Part shown: positions 26,052 to 35,888 of the stretch, in pieces
Layout: each line of letters starts with the position of its first letter
Numbering within the stretch: the first letter of the stretch is position 1
IMG/VR virus record: IMGVR_UViG_3300048574_000424
Coordinates: 1-49,133 of that record
Source of the DNA: a virus
Taxonomy: Duplodnaviria > Caudoviricetes
Strand: one strand, 5' to 3'
DNA length: 49,133 bases
Made by a program: the position numbers and the translations under genes
The notes under the pieces: generated by a model
Seen by the model: the letters and a program-made list of their open reading frames with translations, nothing else
What the model was told of the DNA's origin: nothing
The model's database searches: none

Positions 26052-26666
26052 TCAGGCTGCCGGGAGTTTGTAAACTCGCCCCCGGCCTTCGACTTTCTCG
26101 CTGGTGACCTCCAGCCCCAGCTTCTTCTTCAACGCCCCGGCAATGGCGCCACGCACCGTGTGGGGCTGCCAGCCGAATTCGGCAGTGATCTCGGCGATGC
26201 TGGCGCCCTCGGGCCGCTTCAGCATGGTGATCAGGGCTTCTTGCTTGCTGCCCTCGCGGGTCTTGCGGGGGCGCGGGGCGTTCTGGGTGCCGGTAGCGGC
26301 CGCCTCTTCGGGCTCACCATCGGCGGTGTCGGCCTCCGTCACCGGGAGTTCCTGCTGGTCGGCCATGTCCGTCGCCGGTTCTTCTTCCGGGGCGGTGTCC
26401 GCGCCCGTGTCGGCTCCCATGCCCAACGCCTCGTAGGCAGCGGGCGTGGCCCGTAGGGTGAGCGGGTTGCAGTCTTCGTCCTCGCGCCACACCGGCTGGC
26501 CGGGTTCGGCGGGGATTTCCTCGGCCAATTCCTTCTTGATCAGGCTGGTCAGCACCATCTTCACCGCGCCCCCCTTCAAGGCGGCGGTAATCGGCAGCAG
26601 GAAGCCGCCTTCACGGGCGCAGGCGGCGGACAAGATGACGGCCTGGATGTCGGAAAGCTGGGTCAT
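26052..26666 (-). CDS. DUF3489-like protein
   Basis: REGSKQ..LI.ML.RPEGA....GWQPHTVRGAIAGALKKKLGL signature. Confidence 0.85.
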   Translation of the reverse strand: MTQLSDIQAVILSAACAREGGFLLPITAALKGGAVKMVLTSLIKKELAEEIPAEPGQPVWREDEDCNPLTLRATPAAYEALGMGADTGADTAPEEEPATDMADQQELPVTEADTADGEPEEAAATGTQNAPRPRKTREGSKQEALITMLKRPEGASIAEITAEFGWQPHTVRGAIAGALKKKLGLEVTSEKVEGRGRVYKLPAA

Positions 26667-26766
26667 GGGTGGTACTCCAAGGATGACGCGGGCCAGTCCC
26701 GCCGCCTGTACCACCCCGAGCCCCGCCAGCCTGGAGCCGGTCGGGGCGGAAGGGGAAAGCCACTGA

Positions 26767-26988
26767 TCAGGCGGCGAATTCACCCTCCTGAAAGGCGCTG
26801 TCGCTGATGGCCTTCAGCATCTCGGCGTAGTGGGCCATGGTCCCGGCGTGGCCCCAGGTGATCTCGTCGGGCACCCAGTTGAAGTGGTCGGCGCTCAAAG
26901 TTTGCAGCCGGGCCAGCATCGCGTCGAATTCGGCTTTCTTGGCGAGAAAGGCGTCGATGGCCTTGGCGGTGTCGCTGCGTTTTCTCAT
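26767..26988 (-). CDS. Small hypothetical phage protein
   Basis: AF...KAE.D.ML.RLQ.LS.DHF..PDEI.WGH pattern; GGAGG RBS. Confidence 0.75.
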   Translation of the reverse strand: MRKRSDTAKAIDAFLAKKAEFDAMLARLQTLSADHFNWVPDEITWGHAGTMAHYAEMLKAISDSAFQEGEFAA

Positions 26989-27066
26989 CGTGTCCTCCGC
27001 TGTTCGTGAGGACATTCATCGCTCTGTCGGCCCGACGCATCAACCGATTAAGCACCGAATTTCATT
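26989..27066 (-). promoter_or_regulatory. Promoter/leader copy 2
   Basis: Same block order as 25028-25106, with compensatory stem changes. Confidence 0.55.
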
Positions 27067-27089
27067 GCTTATTTCAGCGGAAGCCGATC

Positions 27090-27641
27090 ATGGGATTATC
27101 CGTCCGCGAATACGCGCGCAGGCGTGGCGTCAGCCATACCGCCGTGCGCAAGGCGGTGCAGACAGGCCGGATTCCCCAGGAGGCGGACGGCACCATCGAC
27201 CCGGCGAAGGCCGATGCCGCCTGGGATGCCCAAACCGATCCTGGCCGACGGGCTGCTTCTGCGCCGAAGCCGGTGGTCGTAGCCCCCGTTACTTTGGCAT
27301 CTACGCCCCAGCGTGAAACTGCTCCGGCTGTTCCGGCCGCCGCGGCCGCCGGGGCCACCTTCGCCCAGGCCCGCACCGCCCACGAGGTCGCCAAGGCCCA
27401 GAAGGCCCGCATCCAGGTGGATCGCCTCAAGGATGAGGTGGTCGACCGGGCGCGAGCCACCGCCCTGGTGTTCAAGCTGGCGCGGCAGGAACGCGACGCC
27501 TGGATCACCTGGCCCGCCCGAGTGGCCGGGCAGATGGCGGCGGAAATCGGCATCGACCCGCATATGATGCAGACCCTGCTGGAAGCCTATGTCCACGCCC
27601 ATCTCGACGAACTCGCCGCCATCGAGCCGAACTTCCGATGA
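27090..27641 (+). CDS. Terminase small subunit (Nu1-like, N-terminal HTH)
   Basis: MGLSVREYARRRGVSHTAVRKA wHTH; directly upstream of the large subunit. Confidence 0.75.
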   Translation: MGLSVREYARRRGVSHTAVRKAVQTGRIPQEADGTIDPAKADAAWDAQTDPGRRAASAPKPVVVAPVTLASTPQRETAPAVPAAAAAGATFAQARTAHEVAKAQKARIQVDRLKDEVVDRARATALVFKLARQERDAWITWPARVAGQMAAEIGIDPHMMQTLLEAYVHAHLDELAAIEPNFR

Positions 27642-29577
27642 GGCGTTTGGTTTCCGTGGGGCGGACGCTGTGCTGCTGGCTTGGCGGGACGGGATGCGCC
27701 CCGATCCGCGCCTGACCGTCTCCCAATGGGCCGACCAGCATCGTATGCTGTCGAGCCGGGCCTCGGCGGAACCGGGCCGCTACCGCACGGCACGGACGCC
27801 CTATATGCGCGACATCATGGACGCGCTGTCGCCCACCAGTCCGGTGCAGCGGGTGGTGTTCATGAAAGCCGCCCAGGTGGGCGCCACCGAGGCTGGCTGC
27901 TGCTTCATTGGTTTCGTCATCCACCATGCGCCGGGGCCGATGCTCTGTGTCCAGCCCACCGTGGAGATGGCGAAGCGGGCCTCGCGCCAGCGCATCGACC
28001 CGCTGATCGACGAAAGTCCGGCCATCCGCGAACGGGTCAAACCGGCCCGGTCGCGCGACGCCGGCAACACCATGCTGTCGAAGGACTTCCCCGGCGGCAC
28101 CCTGGTGCTGACCGGGGCCAATAGCGCGGTGGGCCTGCGCTCCATGCCCGCCCGCTACCTGTTCCTGGACGAGGTGGACGCCTATCCGGCCTCCGCCGAC
28201 GAGGAAGGCGACCCGGTGGCGCTGGCCGAAGCCCGGTCGCTAACCTTCGCCCATCGCCGCAAGGTGTTTCTGGCTTCGACCCCCACCATCCGGGGCATGT
28301 CGCGCATCGAGCGGGAATTCGAAGCGTCCGACCAACGCCGGTTCTTCGTGCCGTGCCCCCATTGCGGGACCATGCAATGGTTGAAATTCGAGCGGCTGCG
28401 CTGGGACAAGGGCCAGCCAGGCAGTGTCCATTACGTCTGCGAATCCTGCGACCAGGACATCGCCGAGCACCACAAGGGCACCATGCTGGCGACAGGCGAG
28501 TGGCGGGCCACCGCCATTGCCAGCGATCCCGGCACCATCGGCTTTCACATCTCGGCACTGTATTCGCCGCCGGGCTGGCAATCTTGGCGCGACATCGTCC
28601 GCCTGTGGGAAGCCGCCCAGGGCAATGACGATGCTCTGCGGGTATTCAAGAACACCGTGCTGGGGGAAACCTGGGTCGAGACCGGCGAAGCCCCCGACTG
28701 GCAGCGCCTCTACGACCGCCGAGAGACCTGGACCAACGGCATCGTCCCGGCTGGCGGGCTGTTCCTGACCGCCGGGGCCGACGTCCAGAAGGATCGCATC
28801 GAGATCGATGTCTGGGCCTGGGGCCGTGGGCTGGAAAGCTGGCTGATCGACCATGTCGTCATCGAGGGCGGGCCGGAAAAGGCCGAGACCTGGGCCGCCT
28901 TGGAAGAGGTTATGGGCCGCACATGGCCCCATGCCAGCGGCATCAGCCTCAAGATCGCCCGTCTGGCCGTCGATACTGGCTACGAGACCTCGGCGGTTTA
29001 CGCCTGGGGGCGCAAGATGGGCGTCGGTCAGGTCTCGCCGGTCAAGGGTGTCGAGGGTTTCAACCGCGCCAGCCCGGTCTCTGGCCCCACCCTGGTGGAT
29101 GCCACCGAGGGCGGCAAGAAAATCCGCCGGGGAGCCAAGCTATGGACGGTGGCGGTCTCTACCTTCAAGGCGGAAACCTACCGTTTCCTGCGACTGGAGC
29201 GGCCCACCGACGAGGAACTGGCCGAAGGTGTCCGTTTCCCCGCCGGAACGATGCATCTGCCATCGTGGACGGAGTCCGAGTGGTGCAAGCAATTCGTCGC
29301 CGAGCAGTTGGTGACGGTCAAAAACCGCCGCGGCTTCTCGAAACTGGAATGGCAGAAGCTCAGAGAGCGCAACGAGGCGCTGGATTGCCGGGTTTACGCC
29401 CGCGCCGCCGCCTGGATCGCCGGAGCCGACCGTTGGCCCGAGGCCAAATGGCGCGATCTGGAAGCGCAATTGGCCACATCCGACCCAATTCCGCCCGACG
29501 AGGCCCAAGCGGGCCAAATCCGCCGCCCCCAGACCCGCCGATCCCGGCGGGTTTTTCATTCCAGCTATATGGGCTGA
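27589..29577 (+). CDS. Terminase large subunit, lambda GpA family (start uncertain)
   Basis: RTPY, KAAQVGATE Walker A, LDEVD, STPT, CPHC, GADVQ. Confidence 0.92.
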   Translation: MSTPISTNSPPSSRTSDEAFGFRGADAVLLAWRDGMRPDPRLTVSQWADQHRMLSSRASAEPGRYRTARTPYMRDIMDALSPTSPVQRVVFMKAAQVGATEAGCCFIGFVIHHAPGPMLCVQPTVEMAKRASRQRIDPLIDESPAIRERVKPARSRDAGNTMLSKDFPGGTLVLTGANSAVGLRSMPARYLFLDEVDAYPASADEEGDPVALAEARSLTFAHRRKVFLASTPTIRGMSRIEREFEASDQRRFFVPCPHCGTMQWLKFERLRWDKGQPGSVHYVCESCDQDIAEHHKGTMLATGEWRATAIASDPGTIGFHISALYSPPGWQSWRDIVRLWEAAQGNDDALRVFKNTVLGETWVETGEAPDWQRLYDRRETWTNGIVPAGGLFLTAGADVQKDRIEIDVWAWGRGLESWLIDHVVIEGGPEKAETWAALEEVMGRTWPHASGISLKIARLAVDTGYETSAVYAWGRKMGVGQVSPVKGVEGFNRASPVSGPTLVDATEGGKKIRRGAKLWTVAVSTFKAETYRFLRLERPTDEELAEGVRFPAGTMHLPSWTESEWCKQFVAEQLVTVKNRRGFSKLEWQKLRERNEALDCRVYARAAAWIAGADRWPEAKWRDLEAQLATSDPIPPDEAQAGQIRRPQTRRSRRVFHSSYMG

Positions 29578-29585
29578 CCAACATC

Positions 29586-29795
29586 ATGACCCTCGACGAA
29601 CTAAAGGCCGAGCGTGAGCGGGTTTTGGCGCGGCGCAACGCCCTGGTGAGCCGTGTCACCGTTGGCGACCGCTCCGTCCACTACGATCTCGCCCTGGCCG
29701 ACACGGTACTGGCCGATCTCGACCGCCGCATTGCCCAGGCATCGGGATCGGCCCCGCGTCGGCGGGTGCTGACCGTCGCCAGCAAGGGATTGTGA
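29586..29795 (+). CDS. Head-tail joining protein (gpW-like)
   Basis: 69 aa between terminase and portal; GTGA overlap with the portal. Confidence 0.75.
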   Translation: MTLDELKAERERVLARRNALVSRVTVGDRSVHYDLALADTVLADLDRRIAQASGSAPRRRVLTVASKGL

Positions 29796-31258
29796 CAGTG
29801 CTGTCCGGGTTCCGTCGCCGCCTTGGCGCCCTGATCGGCGGCGGGTGGTTCGGGGGAGGCTTCGAGGCGGGAATGGGCAGCCGGCGGCTCAGGAGTTTCC
29901 AGGCCACCCGCGCCCATCTCAACACCCTGATCGCCGCCGCCGGTCCCAACATCACCGCGCGGGCCCGCCATCTGGTGCGCAACAACGGTTATGCCGCCAA
30001 TGCCATCGAAAGCTGGGCGGGAAACGTGGTGGGGGCCGGGATCAAGCCGTCGTCGCTGATCGCTGACGCCGACTTGAAGGCCAAGGTGCAGAAGCTGTGG
30101 CTGACCTGGACCGACGACAGCGACGCGGAAGGCATGACCGACTTCTACGGCCAGCAGCGCCGGGCAGTGCGGGAAGTGTTCATGGCGGGGGAGGTGTTTT
30201 TCCGCCTCCGTCCACGCCGCCCCGAAGATGGACCGGCGGTGCCGTTGCAGCTTCAGATGCTGCCGTCGGAAATGCTGCCACTGAACCGCAACGAGGATCT
30301 GCCGGGCGGCAACGTCATCCGCCAAGGCATCGAGTTCGACGCCATTGGGCGGCGGGTGGCCTATTGGTTCCTGCGCCGCCATCCCGGCGACCTGACCGAC
30401 CCCGGTGTGGCCGGGGAAGTGACGCGGGTTCCGGCTGCCGAAATCATCCATGTGGTCGATCCGGTGGATGCCGGGCAGTTGCGTGGCGTCTCGCGCTTTG
30501 CTCCGGCCATCGTGAAGCTGTTCCTCTTGGACCAGTACGACGATGCGGAACTGGACCGCAAGAAGGTGGCGGCCATGTACGCGCTGTTCGTCACCACGCC
30601 CAGCCCCGGCGAGCCGTTCGACATCGCCGAGGACAGCAGTTCCGGCGACCGCACCATGGACGTGCAGCCCGGCCAGGTGGTGATGCTGGAACCCGGCGAG
30701 CAGATCCAGACCTCGGCCCCCGCCGATGTCGGCGGCTCCTATGAGGCGTTTCAGTACCGGACGCTGCTGCAGATCTCGGCGGCCCTGGGCGTGCCCTACG
30801 CTTACCTGTCCAACGACATGCTGAAGGCCAATTACTCCAATTCCCGGCTGGCCCTGCTGGAATTCCGCCGCCGCATCGAATCCTGGCAGCACGCCGTGCT
30901 GGTGCATCAGATGTGCCGGGCGGTATGGCAGCGGTGGATGGATGTGGCGGTGCTGTCGGGGGCGTTGAGCCTGCCCGGGTACGACAAGGATCGCACCAGC
31001 TTCCAGGCGTGTTCCTGGCTGCCGCCCAAATGGGACTGGGTTGATCCCCTCAAGGACGCCCGCGCCGAGATCGAGCAGATCGACGCCGGTCTCAAAAGCA
31101 GGACGCAGGCCCTGGCCGAACGCGGTTTCGACGCCGAGCAGGTGGATGCCGAAATCGCCGCCGACCATGCCCGCGAAAAGCGACTGGGACTGGTGTTCGG
31201 CGCACCGCCGCCCGAGCCGGTGCCCCAGGACAGCGAACAGTCTGCTCCGCCGAACTGA
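29792..31258 (+). CDS. Portal protein, lambda family
   Basis: AR.L.RNN.YA, GQ.RGV, NYSNSR, WVDPLKD. Confidence 0.92.
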   Translation: MTVLSGFRRRLGALIGGGWFGGGFEAGMGSRRLRSFQATRAHLNTLIAAAGPNITARARHLVRNNGYAANAIESWAGNVVGAGIKPSSLIADADLKAKVQKLWLTWTDDSDAEGMTDFYGQQRRAVREVFMAGEVFFRLRPRRPEDGPAVPLQLQMLPSEMLPLNRNEDLPGGNVIRQGIEFDAIGRRVAYWFLRRHPGDLTDPGVAGEVTRVPAAEIIHVVDPVDAGQLRGVSRFAPAIVKLFLLDQYDDAELDRKKVAAMYALFVTTPSPGEPFDIAEDSSSGDRTMDVQPGQVVMLEPGEQIQTSAPADVGGSYEAFQYRTLLQISAALGVPYAYLSNDMLKANYSNSRLALLEFRRRIESWQHAVLVHQMCRAVWQRWMDVAVLSGALSLPGYDKDRTSFQACSWLPPKWDWVDPLKDARAEIEQIDAGLKSRTQALAERGFDAEQVDAEIAADHAREKRLGLVFGAPPPEPVPQDSEQSAPPN

Positions 31259-31267
31259 GGAAATTTC

Positions 31268-32497
31268 ATGCACGATCTCCCCCATATCGCGGCCCGTCTG
31301 TACGGGACGCCGCTGCTGGTTGCCCGCGCCAAACTGGACGTGATTCTGGGTGTGCTGGAACCCCGCCTGTCGGGCCGCATGGCTCTGCCCATGCCCGATG
31401 ACGACGATGATTCCGGCACCGCCGACGTAGAGGTGACGGCGGACGGTATCGCCGTCGTGCCGGTGATCGGCACCCTGGTGGCGCGGTCCAGTTACCTCGG
31501 CGCGGCCAGCGGCCTGTCGTCCTATGCGGAGATCGGCGAGCAGATCGAGGCGGCGGCCACCGACCCCGGCATCCGTGCCATCCTGCTGGATGTGGATTCC
31601 TCCGGTGGCGAGGTGGGCGGGCTGTTCGATCTGGTCGACCAGATTCAGGCCGTCCGCAGCCAATGTGGCAAGCCGATCTGGGCGGTGGCCGATGAAGCCG
31701 CTTTGTCGGCGGCCTATGCCATCGCCAGTACCGCTGACCGCCTCTACGTCACCCAGACCGGCGAGGTCGGGTCGATTGGCGTGGTGGCGGCCCACCGTGA
31801 CGAATCCGGGGCCGATACCCAGGCTGGACTGGCCTGGACCTTCGTCCATGCCGGAGCCTGCAAGGTGGACGGCAACCCCCATCAGCCGTTGTCCGACACC
31901 GCCCGCGCCAGTCTCCAATCCGATGTCGATGGCCTCTACGGTCGCTTCGTCGATCTGGTGGCCAAGTGCCGCAAGAAATCCCCCGACGCCATCCGCGCCA
32001 CCGAGGCCGCCGTTTATCGCGGCGATCAGGCGGTGGCGGCAGGGCTGGCCGACCGCGTCGGCACACTGCGCCAGGCACTCGCCGATCTCGGCGCCAGCCT
32101 GGCCCGTCCCACCGCCACTGTTCCTGTCGCATCCCGGCCCATCGCATCAGGCAAGGAAAGAATCATGTCCGAACCCCAGGGGGAAGTCCCCGTCACGGCT
32201 GCCGCGCCGCAGTCGCCCGCCGACATCTCCGCCGATCTGGAGCAGCGCCTGCGGGCGGAATACTCCGAGATCAGCGCCATCGCCGCCCAGGCCGCTCGCC
32301 TGGGCGTCACCATCGACCCGGTCGAGGCCATGGCCAAGGGCATCCGTCCCGAGGCGCTGCGCCGCACCGTGCTGGAGCAGCTGGCGGCGCGATCCGATGC
32401 CGCCGACGTGATCGCCGCTGCTCCGGTACCGCCGGTCAAGACCGCCACTGAAAGCCCCATCGTCCGGCGTGCCCGCGAAGCCGCCTCCCGTCCGTAA
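31268..32497 (+). CDS. S49 capsid maturation protease (gpC-like), probably with nested scaffold from ATG 32165
   Basis: DSSGGE, SAAY, GSIGV; internal AAGGA RBS and in-frame ATG 32165. Confidence 0.9.
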   Translation: MHDLPHIAARLYGTPLLVARAKLDVILGVLEPRLSGRMALPMPDDDDDSGTADVEVTADGIAVVPVIGTLVARSSYLGAASGLSSYAEIGEQIEAAATDPGIRAILLDVDSSGGEVGGLFDLVDQIQAVRSQCGKPIWAVADEAALSAAYAIASTADRLYVTQTGEVGSIGVVAAHRDESGADTQAGLAWTFVHAGACKVDGNPHQPLSDTARASLQSDVDGLYGRFVDLVAKCRKKSPDAIRATEAAVYRGDQAVAAGLADRVGTLRQALADLGASLARPTATVPVASRPIASGKERIMSEPQGEVPVTAAAPQSPADISADLEQRLRAEYSEISAIAAQAARLGVTIDPVEAMAKGIRPEALRRTVLEQLAARSDAADVIAAAPVPPVKTATESPIVRRAREAASRP

Positions 32498-32506
32498 GGA
32501 ATCGCC

Positions 32507-32896
32507 ATGTCCGTGCTCACCATGCAGCCCACCCTGGGCGATCTGCTCAAATACGAACTCGACGCCAGCTATTGCCGCGAGGTCGTCACCCTCAAGGGCG
32601 GCGGCCATTACGCCTTGGGTTCCGTGCTGGGACGGATTGGCGCCAGCGGCCATTACCGCCTGTCGCCCACCGCCGTGGTCACCGGCGACGAGGGAGCCGA
32701 AACCGCTGCCGCAATCCTGCTGGAAGCCATCGATGCCACTGCCGGCGACGCGATTGCCGTCGTCGCGGTGCGCGGGCCGATTCTGCTGTCCCAGACCATC
32801 CTGGTGTTCGACCCCTCGGTCGATCAGCCCGCCGAAATCGTCGCCAAGCTGGCCCAGCTTAGCCTGCTCGGCCTCGTTTCCCGTCTCACCGCCTGA
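32507..32896 (+). CDS. Head decoration protein (gpD-like)
   Basis: G.VLG motif; position between protease and major capsid protein. Confidence 0.8.
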   Translation: MSVLTMQPTLGDLLKYELDASYCREVVTLKGGGHYALGSVLGRIGASGHYRLSPTAVVTGDEGAETAAAILLEAIDATAGDAIAVVAVRGPILLSQTILVFDPSVDQPAEIVAKLAQLSLLGLVSRLTA

Positions 32897-32914
32897 TCCC
32901 GGAGATCCATTTCC

Positions 32915-33937
32915 ATGGTCGAAATCATCAATCCCTTCGACGCGGGCGGCTATTCGCTGGCGGAAATGACCGAAGCCATCAACATCCTGCCCAACCTCTA
33001 CACCCGGCTGGGCCAGATGGGGCTGTTCCGCTTCGAGGGCGTCACCCAGCGCTCGGTGATCATCGAGCAGGCCGAGGGTGTCCTCAACCTGCTGCCCACC
33101 GTGCCGCTGGGCGGTCCCGCCACCGTCGCCAACCGTGACAACCGCGCCATGCGCGCCTTCTCGCTGCCGTGGATCCCCCACGACGACACCATCCTGCCCC
33201 AGGATATCCAGGGAGTACGCGGCTTCGGCCTCGCCGATTCCGCCGACCCGCTGGCCACCATCATGGAGCGCAAGCTGACCCGCATGCGCTCCAAGCATGC
33301 CCAGACCCGCGAGTTCATGGAGGTCAACGCGCTCCGGGGCATTGTCCGCGACGGCGCCGGGTCCACCCTCTACGACTACTTCGCCGAATTCAGCCTTGCC
33401 CGTCAGCAGGTGGATTTCGTCCTGGGCACCGCCACCACCAACGTCCAGGCCAAGGTGCGCGAGGTGTTGCGCAAGGTGGAGACCGAGCTCAAGGGCGAGA
33501 CCATGTCGGCGGTCACCGCCCTGGTCAGCTCCGATTTCTTCGACAAGCTGATCGGCCACTCCAAGGTCGAGCAGGCCTACCAGTACTACTCGACCACCGG
33601 AGCCCAGCCGCTGCGGGAAGATGTCCGCCGCCGCTTTCCCTTCGCCGGGTTGGTGTTCGAAGAATACAACGCCACCGTCACCCTTTCCACCGGCGGAACC
33701 GAGACCCTGGTTCCGGCGGGCGAGGGCATCGCCTTTCCGCTCGGCACCATGGACACCTTCGTCACCTATGGCGCCCCCGCCAACCTGATCGAGACGGTCA
33801 ACACCATGGGCCTGCCCATGTATGCCCGCCAGCTTGCGCGTCAGGACGGCAGCGCCATCGACGTCAAAACCGAGGCTTCGATCCTCCCCGTGAACAAGCG
33901 CCCGCGTCTGGCGGTCCGCATTTTCTCCAGCAACTGA
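32915..33937 (+). CDS. Major capsid protein (gpE-like)
   Basis: 340 aa; LT.AIN..P, T.E.M...AL.G; synteny. Confidence 0.88.
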   Translation: MVEIINPFDAGGYSLAEMTEAINILPNLYTRLGQMGLFRFEGVTQRSVIIEQAEGVLNLLPTVPLGGPATVANRDNRAMRAFSLPWIPHDDTILPQDIQGVRGFGLADSADPLATIMERKLTRMRSKHAQTREFMEVNALRGIVRDGAGSTLYDYFAEFSLARQQVDFVLGTATTNVQAKVREVLRKVETELKGETMSAVTALVSSDFFDKLIGHSKVEQAYQYYSTTGAQPLREDVRRRFPFAGLVFEEYNATVTLSTGGTETLVPAGEGIAFPLGTMDTFVTYGAPANLIETVNTMGLPMYARQLARQDGSAIDVKTEASILPVNKRPRLAVRIFSSN

Positions 33938-33939
33938 CC

Positions 33940-34236
33940 ATGTCGGTCTTTTCCGACGCCTTCGACGACCTGTTCGCCGATCCCAACATGGCCGTCACCG
34001 TCATCTACCAGAGCAGTCCCGTGCGGGCCCTGGTGCGGCGGCCCGACCGCGACATCGAATTCTCGGACATCACCGTCCACACAGGGACGGCGGTGTTTGA
34101 GATTCGGCGGCGGGAGATTCCGGCACCCCAGGCGGGGGATGTGATCGTCCATGACAGCGACAGCTTCGTCGTCCAGGGCGAACCCCGCCTGGATGCCGAG
34201 CGTCTGATCTGGACCTTGGACACGAGACCGGCATGA
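33940..34236 (+). CDS. Head-tail joining protein (gpFII-like)
   Basis: 98 aa, P..GD motif, synteny. Confidence 0.7.
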   Translation: MSVFSDAFDDLFADPNMAVTVIYQSSPVRALVRRPDRDIEFSDITVHTGTAVFEIRRREIPAPQAGDVIVHDSDSFVVQGEPRLDAERLIWTLDTRPA

Positions 34237-34871
34237 AACTGGCGGCAGCCCTTTCCGGCGATCTGCGCAAGATCATGGCGGACGAGGTCAAAGCCGCCGA
34301 AGATGCTGTCACCGCTGCCATGCGTCAGGCCGCCGACGGACTGAAGGCCGATCTCCGCCGTCAGGTCACCGAGGCCGGGATGGGCCAGCGCCTCGCCAAC
34401 ACCTGGCGGGCCGAGCTTTATCCCAAGGGCCGCACCAGCATCAAGGCGGCGGGCTTCGTCTTCACCAAGGCCCCGACCATCATCCGCGCTTTTGACCAGG
34501 GCGCGGTGATCAAGTCCAAACATGGCTTCTGGTTGGCGATCCCCACGCCTGCCGCAGGGACCGGCACCCGTGGTAAGCGCATGACGCCCGGCCTGTGGGA
34601 ACAAATGCATGGGAGCCGCCTACGGTTCATCTATCGCCATGGCGCACCGTCGCTGCTGGTGGCCGAGAACATGCGGGCACGAACGGGCAAACGGGGTGGC
34701 TTTGGCCACGGCAGCGCCTCGGCGCTGCGAACCGGGCGCGGAATGACCACTGTGGTGATGTTCATCCTGGTGCCGCAGGTGAGCTTGAAGAAGCGCCTCG
34801 ACGTGGATCGCGCCGCCGAGCGATGGGCTTCGGCACTACCGGAGATGATCGTCAGGAATTGGAGATCATGA
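34233..34871 (+). CDS. DUF6441-like neck/tail completion protein
   Basis: Basic protein, WLAIPT, F.LVPQV.L.KRLD; synteny. Confidence 0.7.
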   Translation: MKLAAALSGDLRKIMADEVKAAEDAVTAAMRQAADGLKADLRRQVTEAGMGQRLANTWRAELYPKGRTSIKAAGFVFTKAPTIIRAFDQGAVIKSKHGFWLAIPTPAAGTGTRGKRMTPGLWEQMHGSRLRFIYRHGAPSLLVAENMRARTGKRGGFGHGSASALRTGRGMTTVVMFILVPQVSLKKRLDVDRAAERWASALPEMIVRNWRS

Positions 34872-35299
34872 TGCCCTCCATCCGCGAACAGATCCTCGCC
34901 GCCCTACTGGTGCGGTTGGAAACGGTACCCGGTGCCACGGCCAAGCGGGAAGCGCCGTTGCCGGAAACCGTGCTTGCAGGGGGGCTGATCATCCTGCGCG
35001 ACGGAGATCCCGGCGATCCCGAGATGATCCTGTCGCCGGTGACTTATCTGTGGGAACACCAGACCGAGATCGAAGTCATCCTTCAGCGCGGCCAGGACGG
35101 CGACAGTGCCACTTTGGATGCCTTGCTGATGGCGGTGGGGATGGCTCTGGCCGCCGACCGTTCCCTCGGCGGCTTAGCCGAATGGCTGGACTGGGGTGCC
35201 CCCAAGACCTCCGGCCTCGCCATCGACGGGGCCGCATCCTTACGCGGTGCCACGGTGCCGGTCACTATCCACTACAGCAGTCCCGATCCGTTGGGGTGA
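34868..35299 (+). CDS. Tail terminator-like protein
   Basis: S.RE.IL.AL, LRDGDPG.P, ADR.LGGL; position before the tail tube. Confidence 0.65.
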   Translation: MMPSIREQILAALLVRLETVPGATAKREAPLPETVLAGGLIILRDGDPGDPEMILSPVTYLWEHQTEIEVILQRGQDGDSATLDALLMAVGMALAADRSLGGLAEWLDWGAPKTSGLAIDGAASLRGATVPVTIHYSSPDPLG

Positions 35300-35301
35300 T
35301 C

Positions 35302-35628
35302 TCAGGCGTCGAACGACTTGGCCACGATATCGGGATTGCGGGCGATAACGTGAAGATAGGCGCGTGCCGTGGTGTCGGGCTGTTTCCGTCCCTGTTCCCA
35401 GTCCCGCAGGGTACCCACGGGAATGCGATAGCGGGCGGCGAACACGCCCTGCGACAAACCGGTGGCGCTGCGGATGGCTTTGACGTCCACCGGCAGAATT
35501 TCCGGTGCAACATCGGCATCGGCGGCGATCTGACGCTCGATGGCGGAATCGGACAGCGCATCCAAGGTGGCCCAATCTACGGCCTCCAGGGCAGCCTTGC
35601 TCATGTCAGGCGTGATTTTTCGGCGCAT
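35302..35628 (-). CDS. XRE/HigA-like HTH antitoxin
   Basis: IR...GLSQ..FA......GTLRDWEQGR..P; downstream of the toxin. Confidence 0.8.
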   Translation of the reverse strand: MRRKITPDMSKAALEAVDWATLDALSDSAIERQIAADADVAPEILPVDVKAIRSATGLSQGVFAARYRIPVGTLRDWEQGRKQPDTTARAYLHVIARNPDIVAKSFDA

Positions 35629-35881
35629 AGGCTTCGACCTCCCGCGAGTTGGCTTTTCGCAGCGAAATGACCCGGCGGATATCGCCACGGTCTGTGAACA
35701 CACATACGAATAATCGGCCTCGGATCAGACCATAGGCCACCTGCCGCCGCTCGCCATACTCCTTGCGGTCATCCTCGGCCAGATGCACCAGCCCCTCGAA
35801 GACGTAGGGGGCGAGGGCCAGGGAAAGGCCGCGCTCCGCGACATTTTTGGCGTCCTTTGCCGGGTCGAATTCGTACTCCAT
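35606..35881 (-). CDS. brnT: BrnT family toxin
   Basis: EFDPAK...N..ERG, D.R..YGE.R, R.ISLRKAN.RE. Confidence 0.85.
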   Translation of the reverse strand: MEYEFDPAKDAKNVAERGLSLALAPYVFEGLVHLAEDDRKEYGERRQVAYGLIRGRLFVCVFTDRGDIRRVISLRKANSREVEAYAPKNHA

Positions 35882-35888
35882 GAGCAAG

